A DNA stretch of 31,273 bases from Promethearchaeota archaeon (GTDB lineage Archaea > Asgardarchaeota > Lokiarchaeia > Sigyniarchaeales > SOKP01): positions 1 to 31,273 of the forward strand of contig JAHPZJ010000009.1 in the NCBI GenBank assembly GCA_019058245.1, read 5' to 3'. Both the position numbers and the translations under genes were made by a program. Under the pieces are notes generated by a model. The model did not search any database, was not told the DNA's origin, and saw nothing but the letters and a program-made list of their open reading frames with translations. Shown here piece by piece: positions 1 to 8,951 of the stretch; within the stretch, counting starts at the first letter, position 1; every line of letters starts with the position of its first letter.

Positions 1-220
1 TTTCACGTTGTTTTATATCTTTTTAAATAATTCCTGAGTATTATCTATAAAAAATAACTTCATAACTTTAAATCTAGAATTGAATTAATTTTAGAATTAT
101 TATAACCATTAGGAGTTTAGAATTATATTTTATTGGTCAAAACAGAACTAAGAAGTAAAATAAAGCTTTAAAATTATTTCGGATTATTTAACTACAAAAA
201 AATGATAAAAGTAAATTATT

Positions 221-1045
221 ATGTGTGATTATTGTGCTTCTCATGGGGGGAAGTTAAGATGGTATTTAAATCCTGAGAATTACTCAGATCGTTTCCTTGA
301 TGATAAAAAAAGAATGAAAATTTTATATGATATAACGGGTTGGGGAATTGATCAATATCTTGATCATGCAACTAAGCTTTCTAAGAAAGCTAAAATTCCT
401 ATACTTGGAGGATTAGTTCGAAAAATAGGGAATTATATAGTACCAAACAAACATAGTGGTCAAGTTGTAAATTTAAGGGATGCTTTTAAGATAGTGGATC
501 TGGCAGATAATCTTTGTATTTTAGATTGTGTGTGTAGGAAAAATATTCGAGGTTCAAAGGAAGGAGTCTGTATAAATTTTGGACCTATTAAAGAGCTCTT
601 TCAAAAATTAAAACCAAGCGAAAAGATTGAAGTCATCACTCCAAATGAAGCTAAAGATTTGATTAAAAAATCAGATAAGCGAGGTTTTTACCATCAAGTT
701 CTTTATGCAAAATTACCATATCCAGTTGTTTTATGTAATTGCGATTCTAATAGTTGTACTGCTTATAAATTAAGATTTAATTTTGGTATTGAGAGGGGAA
801 TGATGAAAGGTCATGAAGTAGGTATTTTAGATGAAAAAAAATGTGATGGATGCGAATATCAAAAAGCTCCTCTTTGCCTTCATTATTGTCAATTTGGAGC
901 AATTAAATGGAATTCAAATGAAAGAATAATTCAAATAGATAAAAATATGTGTTTTGGGTGCGGTTTATGCGTTACCCATTGCCCTAAAGGTGCAATTTCA
1001 TTACAAAAAAGAATTAATTTTCCGGAAATTAAACAAATGTGGTGA
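221..1045 (+). CDS. Cys-rich 4Fe-4S binding protein with C-terminal ferredoxin domain
   Basis: C-terminal CDGC..C..C and CFGCGLCVTHCP ferredoxin motifs; additional CVCR, CNC..C and N-terminal CDYC..H clusters. Confidence 0.8.
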   Translation: MCDYCASHGGKLRWYLNPENYSDRFLDDKKRMKILYDITGWGIDQYLDHATKLSKKAKIPILGGLVRKIGNYIVPNKHSGQVVNLRDAFKIVDLADNLCILDCVCRKNIRGSKEGVCINFGPIKELFQKLKPSEKIEVITPNEAKDLIKKSDKRGFYHQVLYAKLPYPVVLCNCDSNSCTAYKLRFNFGIERGMMKGHEVGILDEKKCDGCEYQKAPLCLHYCQFGAIKWNSNERIIQIDKNMCFGCGLCVTHCPKGAISLQKRINFPEIKQMW

Positions 1046-1049
1046 TATT

Positions 1050-1292
1050 TTGAAGATTAAAATAAAAACTAAGAATTGTAAAGATCCGGATAGTTGTCTA
1101 AAATGTTTAGAAGTCTGTATTCCAGGTGTTTTTCTTCGAGTTTCAAAAAAAAAATTTAAGACAGATTTTGAGAGCCAAATTAAAATAAATGAAATGAGCC
1201 ATAAAATTTCGGTTAGATTTATTGATTCATGCACATTATGTATGAATTGTGTTATAATTTGTCCTGAAAATGCCATAACGATTAAAAAATAA
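1050..1292 (+). CDS. Small 2x[4Fe-4S] ferredoxin (probable TTG start at 1050)
   Basis: CKDPDSCLKCLEVC and CTLCMNCVIICP motifs; GGTGA SD-like motif overlapping the upstream stop, 4 nt before the in-frame TTG. Confidence 0.75.
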   Translation: MKIKIKTKNCKDPDSCLKCLEVCIPGVFLRVSKKKFKTDFESQIKINEMSHKISVRFIDSCTLCMNCVIICPENAITIKK

Positions 1293-1301
1293 TGATAATT
1301 T

Positions 1302-1448
1302 TCAGATTTCTTTGAATAATTTATTTAGTTCTTCTCTCCTCTTATCAAATAGAATTCTATTTTTTTTTATTATCAAGTTCCACAGCTGTTCTCTTTCTTG
1401 CTTGGAAGAATTTTCTAATTTCTCATATAATTTCTTAATTTCTTTCAA
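1302..1448 (-). CDS. Putative 48-aa helical small protein MKEIKKLYEKLENSSKQEREQLWNLIIKKNRILFDKRREELNKLFKEI (not in ORF track)
   Basis: Manually translated, 49 codons TTG..TGA; AAAGGGGA purine-rich SD-like motif upstream; K/E/L-rich composition like neighbouring genes; fills the gap between tRNA and ferredoxin. Confidence 0.55.
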   Translation of the reverse strand: MKEIKKLYEKLENSSKQEREQLWNLIIKKNRILFDKRREELNKLFKEI

Positions 1449-1483
1449 GAATAATATCCCCTTTAAGATTAAAGTCTAAAAAA

Positions 1484-1586
1484 TGCGCCCTCCGGGAATT
1501 GAACCCGGGTCGCCAGGGTCACCTCTCTTGTCTATAAGAACCAGAGAATTGGCAACCTGGCATACTGACCACTATACTAAGAGCGC
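1484..1586 (-). tRNA. tRNA-Gly(GCC) with a 31-nt intron; CCA not encoded
   Basis: Reverse complement: acceptor GCGCTCT/AGGGCGC-A, D arm GTAT..ATGC, anticodon stem CCAGG/CCTGG with TT-GCC-A, T arm CCGGG-TTCAATT-CCCGG; 31-nt insert in the anticodon loop with TCTCT/AGAGA helix. Confidence 0.95.
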
Positions 1587-1653
1587 AAATTTAGTAATAA
1601 TAAGAATATATTAAAAAATTAAAATTTAATTATTTAATGAATAGAATATAGTT

Positions 1654-2679
1654 TTATACAATTTCCGAAACAACTTGTTTAAGTAAATTATCATTGACAA
1701 ATTCTTCTAATTCTCCTAAACTCTGTGGAAGCCCTTCTCTTACTCCTACTTCCATACATTCCAAGTAAGACATTGCTGTAGCTAATTTAGAGATCTTCTC
1801 TAAAGGAAAATTATTCAACATTGAAACTAAAATCCCTGTTAAAAAAGCATCTCCAGCCCCAGTAGTATCTGAGACTTGATCTTTTGTATTGTAGATGCCA
1901 CTATTAATGATAATTTTACCATCTGATATTATTGAACCGTTAGGACCATCAGTAATAGAAATTAGTTTTATTCCCAAATCTAAGAAAGTTTTTATCATAA
2001 GTGTCTTTTTGTTTTCTCCTGTGAACTCTTGAGCTTCCTCGAGATTCATTGATACAACATTAGAATTAGAAATTAAGGTTTTTGCCCAGGTTGGGGCATT
2101 TTTTATAATTGACATACTAGGGGCCGCAAAAACTATCCCTCCATTGTCTTTTGTAAGAGTTATTGCTTTTTCAATAGCTTTACAAGCATGATCAGTCGTT
2201 AACGATGTCCAAGCGAATGCTTTAACTTGACTAAATAATTCTTCTTTAATATCTGATGGTTTCAATAAATTATTAGCCCCTTTATATGCAAGAATACTTC
2301 TATCTTTTCCCCATGGAGTTCGTAAAATTATTGATAGTGCCGTAATATCAGTATCAGTTTGAATTATTTGAGATAAATCGACTTTTCTTTTCTTTAAATC
2401 ATTTAAACAAATATTTGCTGAAAAATCATTTCCCATCACTCCAATATATGTACTATTTAACCCAAGCATAGAACTATTTGCAGCGATATTAGCACCCGAT
2501 CCTCCTGGAACAAATCTAACTTGTTTAACATTTAATTTCCGAGAATATTCTATTGCAGTATATTTTTTTATTATATCTTTATCAAATAATTCAAATCTTA
2601 GTATATCATCTATGTCAATCATAATATCTAATGTATTACTTCCGATTGTAATAATTTCTGGATTATTCAAAATACTCAC
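1654..2679 (-). CDS. PfkB/ribokinase-family carbohydrate or nucleoside kinase
   Basis: GGSGANIA and DTTGAGDAF PfkB signatures. Confidence 0.9.
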   Translation of the reverse strand: MSILNNPEIITIGSNTLDIMIDIDDILRFELFDKDIIKKYTAIEYSRKLNVKQVRFVPGGSGANIAANSSMLGLNSTYIGVMGNDFSANICLNDLKKRKVDLSQIIQTDTDITALSIILRTPWGKDRSILAYKGANNLLKPSDIKEELFSQVKAFAWTSLTTDHACKAIEKAITLTKDNGGIVFAAPSMSIIKNAPTWAKTLISNSNVVSMNLEEAQEFTGENKKTLMIKTFLDLGIKLISITDGPNGSIISDGKIIINSGIYNTKDQVSDTTGAGDAFLTGILVSMLNNFPLEKISKLATAMSYLECMEVGVREGLPQSLGELEEFVNDNLLKQVVSEIV

Positions 2680-2803
2680 TTATAGAAAATTAAAATTTTA
2701 ATTATAGAATAAGTTGAAAATAGAAATAAGTCTTTTAATAATTTTCCAAAGAATTGGTGTTTAGAGAATTGAAAAAATTTCTTTAATTTTTGGATTTATC
2801 TAA

Positions 2804-3367
2804 TTAATTCTTGAGGTTTTCTTTACTATTTTTAACAATTTTCCCCATTTTTTTTATCATTTGATGAGTAAGTTCAAGAAAAGCTTTTTCAACATTTTCT
2901 CCAGTTTTAGCAGAAGTTTCAATATAAATACATCCTTGTTTTTCTGCATATTGTTCCACTTCATTTTTATCTATAATTTGACCCGTTTCAGGTAATAAAT
3001 CGGTTTTATTCCCTATTATTATACTAGGAATATCTGTATGTATGATACTATGCATTTCTGAAATCCATTCTTTCATATTAATAAATGTCCGGTGTCTTGT
3101 AAGATCAAAAACAACTAAGGCGCCAAATGCACCATCGTAGAAGCTTCGATGGAGAAATTTAAATTTCTCTTGTCCTCCAATATCCCATATATGGAGTTTT
3201 ACAAATTTATCTGACTCATATTCTAAAGTTTTGGTGAGGAAATCTACACCAATCGTTAATTTATATTTTAGAGAGAATTCATCATGAACAAACCTATTTA
3301 GTAAACTAGTTTTACCGACTGCACCGGGTCCAATTATGATTACTTTGAAGCTATACTTCTCAGCCAT
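2804..3367 (-). CDS. Rab-like small GTPase (Ras superfamily)
   Basis: G1 GPGAVGKT, G2/RabF1 TIGVDF, G3 WDIGGQ, G4 NKTD, G5 ETSAK; no C-terminal Cys prenylation motif. Confidence 0.93.
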   Translation of the reverse strand: MAEKYSFKVIIIGPGAVGKTSLLNRFVHDEFSLKYKLTIGVDFLTKTLEYESDKFVKLHIWDIGGQEKFKFLHRSFYDGAFGALVVFDLTRHRTFINMKEWISEMHSIIHTDIPSIIIGNKTDLLPETGQIIDKNEVEQYAEKQGCIYIETSAKTGENVEKAFLELTHQMIKKMGKIVKNSKENLKN

Positions 3368-3385
3368 TCTACTTTTTTTTTATAT

Positions 3386-3411
3386 TTAAATCTATAATTA
3401 AATCTATAATT
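3386..3411. repeat. 12-bp tandem direct repeat (TTAAATCTATAA)x2 upstream of the Rab-like gene
   Basis: ttaaatctataa-ttaaatctataa-tt read directly. Confidence 0.5.
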
Positions 3412-3570
3412 GTAAAATAAATTATTAAATTTAATCTAAAAGTAATATTTATAATGTTTTCCATTTATCTTCTTTTAAAAAAAGATATAGAATTATAATT
3501 GAAAATGAAAAATCATTTTGTCTTACCAATACAATGTGGTTATTTGTAGAAATTAAAAAAAAAACACTTA

Positions 3571-4218
3571 TTATTCATCAGATTTCAATCGCTTCAATTC
3601 TTTTTCCAACTCTGCAATTTTCTCATCAGACGCCCCAGAAGCTGCACTTGGCAAAGCCACACCCATTTCTACTTGAATTTCAGCATCAATTTCTCCTAAA
3701 ACATCACTTACATCTGAATCAGTAACTGCTGTATCAATACTAATACTATCCATACCTTCTGTCGCAATGTCTGCTGTTACAGCAAAATCTTCCATATCCA
3801 TATCGATTTGGCTCATAATTTGAGTCATCTGTGGTACGGAAAGCTGAGTTTTTAAAGTCGATAGAGATTGGGCAATCCCTGTCATTATTTGTGATACATC
3901 TTTAACTGCAGTTGCTTGCTCCAATTTAAATTGTAATCCTTCTAAATTCGTTCGAAATTGTTCTATTGCTCTTGCTTGTTTTTTAACTTGAAGATAATTG
4001 CGTGCTTGAAATTTTGAACCATCTAAATCCCCCTGCTTTCTTAAATTTACGGCTTTATCTCTTGCGAGTTTTGCACTCATTTCTAATTTTTTTGTCTGTC
4101 TCATCAATCTTTTATTAAAGACTTTTAATTTAACTGAAGCAGAACGAATATTGTCTTTCCCTCTCTTACCACCTGAAAGCCATTTTGAGATATCTTTCAG
4201 AAAACCCATAATCATCAA
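3571..4218 (-). CDS. ESCRT-III subunit, Vps2/Vps24/Vps46 class (Snf7 domain)
   Basis: Basic helical N-half (KLARDKAVNLRKQGD..ARNYLQVKKQ), acidic C-half, C-terminal MIM1-like helix ELEKELKRLK; divergent from Vps4. Confidence 0.9.
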   Translation of the reverse strand: MMIMGFLKDISKWLSGGKRGKDNIRSASVKLKVFNKRLMRQTKKLEMSAKLARDKAVNLRKQGDLDGSKFQARNYLQVKKQARAIEQFRTNLEGLQFKLEQATAVKDVSQIMTGIAQSLSTLKTQLSVPQMTQIMSQIDMDMEDFAVTADIATEGMDSISIDTAVTDSDVSDVLGEIDAEIQVEMGVALPSAASGASDEKIAELEKELKRLKSDE

Positions 4219-4418
4219 AAATTATTAGTAATTGTATAATATATATAAAACTTCGGTCTTATATAATTATTTTTGGAGTCCAATAATTATATAGCCTAGG
4301 AGAAGAACTTACTCGTTATTTATTCAGCAAATTTGATATATAGAGATAAAATTATTAATTATACCAAATAATAAATTACATTAGCTATAAATAGTAAAAA
4401 TATCTTGGTATAATTAAT

Positions 4419-5630
4419 ATGTCATCAGTTGATTCTAAACTTTATCAATTCGCAGTCCAGACTGCTAAGGAAGCAGTGGCTTTAGACAGTCAAGGTAAGT
4501 ATAGACAAGCCATAAATAAATATCAACGTGCCGCAGAAATACTAATGCAATTCATGAAATATAATAAAAATCCTCAAATGAGGATGTTATGTCAAAAGAA
4601 TATTGAAGAATATATGGAACGTGCTAAAATATTAAAATCTCAACTGGGGGGAGCTAGACCAAGAGGATCAAAACCAAGTGTAAGTTCAAATGAGTCTAGT
4701 AATGCTGATAAATCTGAAACAGGTGTATCATCAGAAGAACAAGAACTTATTGAAATGATATCAGGAACAATCGTTACAGAATCTCCTAATGTAAAATGGA
4801 ATGATATCGCGGGATTAGAAAATGTTAAACAAGCCGTTAGAGAAGCGATAGTTTTGCCAATAGCAAAACCGGAATTATTTACGGGGGCGAGAAAACCTTG
4901 GTCTGGAATATTACTATTTGGGCCTCCTGGATGTGGTAAAACATTATTAGCGAAAGCAGCAGCAACCGAATGTAAAGCTACTTTTTTTAGTGCATCTTCA
5001 GCGGATTTATTAAGTAAATGGTTAGGAGAAAGTGAAAAATTAATTAGTTCCTTATTTAAAGTAGCAAGAATGAAAGCGCCGAGTTTGATATTTATGGACG
5101 AAATAGATTCTGTGGCTACAAAACGAGGAGAGGGTTCTGAGAGTGGTGGAGAACGAAGGGTTAAAACACAGTTATTAAGTGAGATACAGGGATTGAAATC
5201 GACTCATGATAACCTTCTCTTAGTATTAGGAGCAACTAATCGTCCATGGGATATAGACAATGCTATGTTAAGTAGGTTTGAAAAAAGAGTGCATGTTCCT
5301 CTCCCAGATTTAAAAGGACGAGTCGGTATTTTTAAGATCCATACTGAGGGGGTAAATACAGCCTTGTCAGATGAAGATTTTGTTGAATTAGCAGTGAGAA
5401 GTGAGGGGTATTCTGGGAGAGATATAGCAAATGTATGTCGTGAAGTAATAATGTTACCCGTTCGTGAATTAGATATGAGTGGCCTTTTGGAGGATTCAAA
5501 TAAAGACGTAGAGGTAAGAGATATTAATCTGAAAGATTTTAAAAAAACTCTTAAGAAGGTAAAGCCAATGACTAATACGGCATTATTAAAACAATATAAT
5601 GATTGGGCTAAGGAGTTCGGGGAAGCTTAA
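4419..5630 (+). CDS. vps4: Vps4 AAA+ ATPase with N-terminal MIT domain
   Basis: MIT-like N-terminus (AKEAVALD..Y..A..Y..RAKILK), Walker A GPPGCGKT, pore loop SKWLGESEK, Walker B FMDEID, ATNRPW, C-terminal YNDWAKEFG. Confidence 0.95.
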   Translation: MSSVDSKLYQFAVQTAKEAVALDSQGKYRQAINKYQRAAEILMQFMKYNKNPQMRMLCQKNIEEYMERAKILKSQLGGARPRGSKPSVSSNESSNADKSETGVSSEEQELIEMISGTIVTESPNVKWNDIAGLENVKQAVREAIVLPIAKPELFTGARKPWSGILLFGPPGCGKTLLAKAAATECKATFFSASSADLLSKWLGESEKLISSLFKVARMKAPSLIFMDEIDSVATKRGEGSESGGERRVKTQLLSEIQGLKSTHDNLLLVLGATNRPWDIDNAMLSRFEKRVHVPLPDLKGRVGIFKIHTEGVNTALSDEDFVELAVRSEGYSGRDIANVCREVIMLPVRELDMSGLLEDSNKDVEVRDINLKDFKKTLKKVKPMTNTALLKQYNDWAKEFGEA

Positions 5631-5636
5631 GAAAAG

Positions 5637-6542
5637 TTGATGAGTAAAATGGAAAAACAAAGAGAAAAACCTAAGGAAATTTCTAAAATAGATAAGGAAA
5701 AAGCAGAAAAAGAACTAAAAGAGCTAAGGCAGGAGTTAGCTCGTTTAAGAAAATTAAAACAAGAAAAAGAACAATTAGAAATCGAAGCGACTCAAAAGAA
5801 AATCATAAAAGAAAATGAAATTAAATCTACGGAGTTATATTATATTGAAGATCAATTTGATGAACTGGAGGATATACTATCCTCTAAGTTAGGTGAGATA
5901 GATACTAAAGTATATCAGAAGCATGCTGAGCAAGTTGAAACCGAATTACAAACTCTTGAAGAAGAAATTCTTGGAGAAAAAGGATTATTAGAAAAAAAGT
6001 TAAGTGCATATGAAAATTTATTAAATGCATATCCTTGGCTGGAAGAAGAAAGAAAAAAATTTATGTATACTATGCCTGACAAAAAAAGAAATGAAAATGA
6101 TTATATCTCATGGAAAGCAGAATGGGCAAAAGTTCTTTTCGATTATGTAAGATTTGCCGTTCTTCACATTATATATACAAGAGAAATAATTACTCATAAA
6201 CCATTTATAAATTTTGCCAAGCGTGAACAATATATAATAGAAATTGCTGAAGAATTAATAAGTCAAAATCAAGCTAAATGGTTCTCAAAAAAAAAGGATA
6301 AATTAAGAGTTTACTGGAAGACACTTGAAGTATGGTCAGATGAAATATATAACTGGGCTTATGAAAATGGTAAGATCGAACCTATTATGGTATATGAATT
6401 AAGAGAAGCAAAACAAGAGGATTTTAGCTCACTTCCATTAGAAGATTTAGAAGAAATTTTTAAGATCCTTGCTAAGAACCGTAAAGCAAAAGTATTAAAA
6501 CTAGATAATGGACAACTTGCTTTTAAAATTAGGTTAGAATAA
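5637..6542 (+). CDS. vps25: ESCRT-II Vps25-like winged-helix protein with long N-terminal coiled-coil extension
   Basis: W..W..L..Y helix, A.W....VYWKTLEVWSD.IY.W and YEL..F..L..L..I...L patterns typical of Vps25; lies 6 nt after vps4. Confidence 0.8.
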   Translation: MMSKMEKQREKPKEISKIDKEKAEKELKELRQELARLRKLKQEKEQLEIEATQKKIIKENEIKSTELYYIEDQFDELEDILSSKLGEIDTKVYQKHAEQVETELQTLEEEILGEKGLLEKKLSAYENLLNAYPWLEEERKKFMYTMPDKKRNENDYISWKAEWAKVLFDYVRFAVLHIIYTREIITHKPFINFAKREQYIIEIAEELISQNQAKWFSKKKDKLRVYWKTLEVWSDEIYNWAYENGKIEPIMVYELREAKQEDFSSLPLEDLEEIFKILAKNRKAKVLKLDNGQLAFKIRLE

Positions 6543-6557
6543 GAAATTACTCTTTTT

Positions 6558-7271
6558 TTATATTGATGGAAAATACCATTGTTTTCCTGTTAGAATATTT
6601 TCCCTAAATTTTGCAATTCCGCTATTTTCGAGTGATTCTAAAGCTCTTAATGCCCGGTCTTGAGACCAATTCAACCCACTACAAATATCCTCCAAGGTAA
6701 GAACTCCTTTTTCTTTAGCAAGGTTGACTACTTTCGTTTCATCTCCTGTATATTGAATTGGAAAAAATCGAACCATGATAGCTCCTGTATCTAATTCAGC
6801 AATATCCTCAATAACTTTTGTTTTTTTGAGTAATTTTAATGCTTTCTCAACGTCTTTGACTTCAATATTCCCATTCAAAATACCAGTATTCACTAATTCA
6901 AATACTTCTGATAGAGGGATTATTCCTCCTGTTTCCTCTTTACTCATTAATACCCTTTGATATGCTAACATACCTAATTTCTGATAATCTATTTTTGAGA
7001 ATTTTTTCAATACATCATGTTCAGTTATTTGTTCCGTAATGATTTTTGATGACGGAATGTTGTATTTCTTTTGTAATTCTTTAACCTCTTCTCTTAATTC
7101 AGGTGTTAGTGCCAATAAAACACCATGTTGCTTAGCTAATTCTCTGAGTTTATCTTTAGTAAACTTCTCAACGGATGCTTTTGCTTCCATATCTTTCATT
7201 TTAAGTTCTGTTGCTTTTTTTTTCATAGCCTCTTTTAAATCAATCTCATCCTCTATTTTACGAATACCCAT
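6558..7271 (-). CDS. ESCRT-II Vps22/Vps36-like (EAP30 domain) protein
   Basis: MGIRKI N-terminus, Y.KLG..., TGGIIPLSEV, DVEKALKLL and LNWSQDRA..ALE.L...G tandem winged helix; ESCRT context. Confidence 0.85.
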   Translation of the reverse strand: MGIRKIEDEIDLKEAMKKKATELKMKDMEAKASVEKFTKDKLRELAKQHGVLLALTPELREEVKELQKKYNIPSSKIITEQITEHDVLKKFSKIDYQKLGMLAYQRVLMSKEETGGIIPLSEVFELVNTGILNGNIEVKDVEKALKLLKKTKVIEDIAELDTGAIMVRFFPIQYTGDETKVVNLAKEKGVLTLEDICSGLNWSQDRALRALESLENSGIAKFRENILTGKQWYFPSI

Positions 7272-7365
7272 TTTTTATAACACTATTTTTCCATAATTTT
7301 ATAGATTATTAATAGAATTTTTGATATATTTGTTCCCAATAGGATAATTGAACTCTTATCTTAAC

Positions 7366-7493
7366 GAGATCTTTTTTATAAGATATAAAGTTATTCTAAT
7401 ATATAATTTGATTTATTTACTCCTATAATCCATTATATTTTTTTAATTTAATTGTTGTGAATTACATGCATAATAAAAATTCAAAAATGAAAT
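7366..7493. repeat. Copy 1 of a ~130-bp duplicated non-coding element upstream of MCP-like gene 1
   Basis: Aligns by eye with 8706-8835; identical 25-mer ATTTGATTTATTTACTCCTATAATC at 7406-7430. Confidence 0.85.
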
Positions 7494-7696
7494 ATTATTA
7501 TTTTCTTTTTTAGTATAAGTATCTATTCTGATATAAAACTGTCAATTTTCTAAATTCTTACACCTTTTGGTATTGAAATGATAAAAAAAGTTCGATCCTA
7601 AACAAAAATTAGGTTTTCTATTTACAAAAATTTAAAAAGATTTTTTATTATTATTTATGAAGAAAAACAGGAATTCAAGTTCAATTAAATCTTCAA

Positions 7697-8650
7697 GTGA
7701 TTTATTTAATGGCCCAATTATCAATTGAGAATGAAATAATACTGATAATAAGTGTATTTACTATAGTTTTCTTTTTCTTTCAAAGAAAATATAAATTGAA
7801 AATAGAATCATTAGCATTTAAAGTTATATTATTCATGGTAGTCTCTACCAGCACGCTCCTTCTATTAGCGATAATTGCTTTAGGATATTTAAAGAATGAA
7901 TTAATTGCTGCATTATCTATTATTCCTCCTGCAATAATTTTTATTTTATTTACATTCTATTATGTTATCAAGGTTATTAAAAATCAAGAGAATACAATTA
8001 AAAATTTATTAGATTCCAGTTCTGAAACGTCAATATTAGTAGCAAATATAGCAACGGAGATGGCAGCAAACGCGAGTGAAGTAAATGCAGCCTCAGAAGA
8101 AATTACTACATCAACACAAGAAGTATCAGCTAATACTCAATCTCAAGCTAAATCTTTAATTGAAATTAATGATATGGCAAATGAGATTTTTAGTTATGCA
8201 CAAGAAGTCATGAAATCTTCCAAAGATATCAATGATATTATGGATATAATTACTTCAATTGCAGATCAAACAAATTTATTAGCACTTAATGCTAGTATCG
8301 AAGCAGGAAGAGCCGGTGAACATGGAAGAGGATTTGCTGTAGTTGCAGATGAAGTTAGAAAATTAGCTGAAGAATCTAAAGGTGCTGTAGGAAATACTGG
8401 TGAAAAAGTACAAAAAATAAGTAATCGTCTTAAAAAAACAGTTCAGTTAATATCAACAATTACTCAGAATATTGAAAGTGCTACAGCAGCAGTACAGGAA
8501 AATTCACGGGCAATAGAAGAAATTAGTGCATCTTCTGAACAACAAACAACCTCAATAGAGGAGATCTCAACGACAGCTCAGAAATTAGGTAATATGGCAG
8601 AAGGATTGAAAGACAAACTAACTCAATTTACTTTAGCAGAGAAGAGATAA
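7697..8650 (+). CDS. Methyl-accepting chemotaxis (MCP)-like protein, about 3 TM plus signalling hairpin (start may be ATG at 7709)
   Basis: [38 protein letters not shown] hairpin tip; three hydrophobic N-terminal segments. Confidence 0.9.
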   Translation: MIYLMAQLSIENEIILIISVFTIVFFFFQRKYKLKIESLAFKVILFMVVSTSTLLLLAIIALGYLKNELIAALSIIPPAIIFILFTFYYVIKVIKNQENTIKNLLDSSSETSILVANIATEMAANASEVNAASEEITTSTQEVSANTQSQAKSLIEINDMANEIFSYAQEVMKSSKDINDIMDIITSIADQTNLLALNASIEAGRAGEHGRGFAVVADEVRKLAEESKGAVGNTGEKVQKISNRLKKTVQLISTITQNIESATAAVQENSRAIEEISASSEQQTTSIEEISTTAQKLGNMAEGLKDKLTQFTLAEKR

Positions 8651-8705
8651 CGAATAATAATTGATAGAATTTTTTCTAATACGATATTTGAAATCTTATT
8701 TTAGG

Positions 8706-8835
8706 GAGATCTTTTCTATAGTATATAAAGTTATTCTATTGTATGATTTGATTTATTTACTCCTATAATCTAAGGATATTTTTTTAATTTAATTATTATG
8801 AATTATCTTGATTAATAATAATCCAAAAATGAAAT
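8706..8835. repeat. Copy 2 of the duplicated non-coding element, upstream of MCP-like gene 2
   Basis: GAGATCTTTT..TATAAAGTTATTCTA..25-mer at 8746-8770..CAAAAATGAAAT; offset about 1340 bp from copy 1. Confidence 0.85.
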
Positions 8836-8951
8836 TTTAAATTTTTTTCTAAGTAAAAATCAATACTTTTTAGAAGAAGATCTTAGTCTTTGTATTTGAA
8901 AAAATTTAAAAATCAATATAAAATGGTTGCAACAATTTTCGAGAAGTAATT

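Noticed and set aside
954-1049. N-terminal extension of the ferredoxin in the ORF track
   Set aside because: Overlaps the upstream gene; the SD plus TTG at 1050 is more plausible
1484-1520. tRNA 3' end as an integration (att) site
   Set aside because: No duplicate of the tRNA 3' end and no integrase seen in the window
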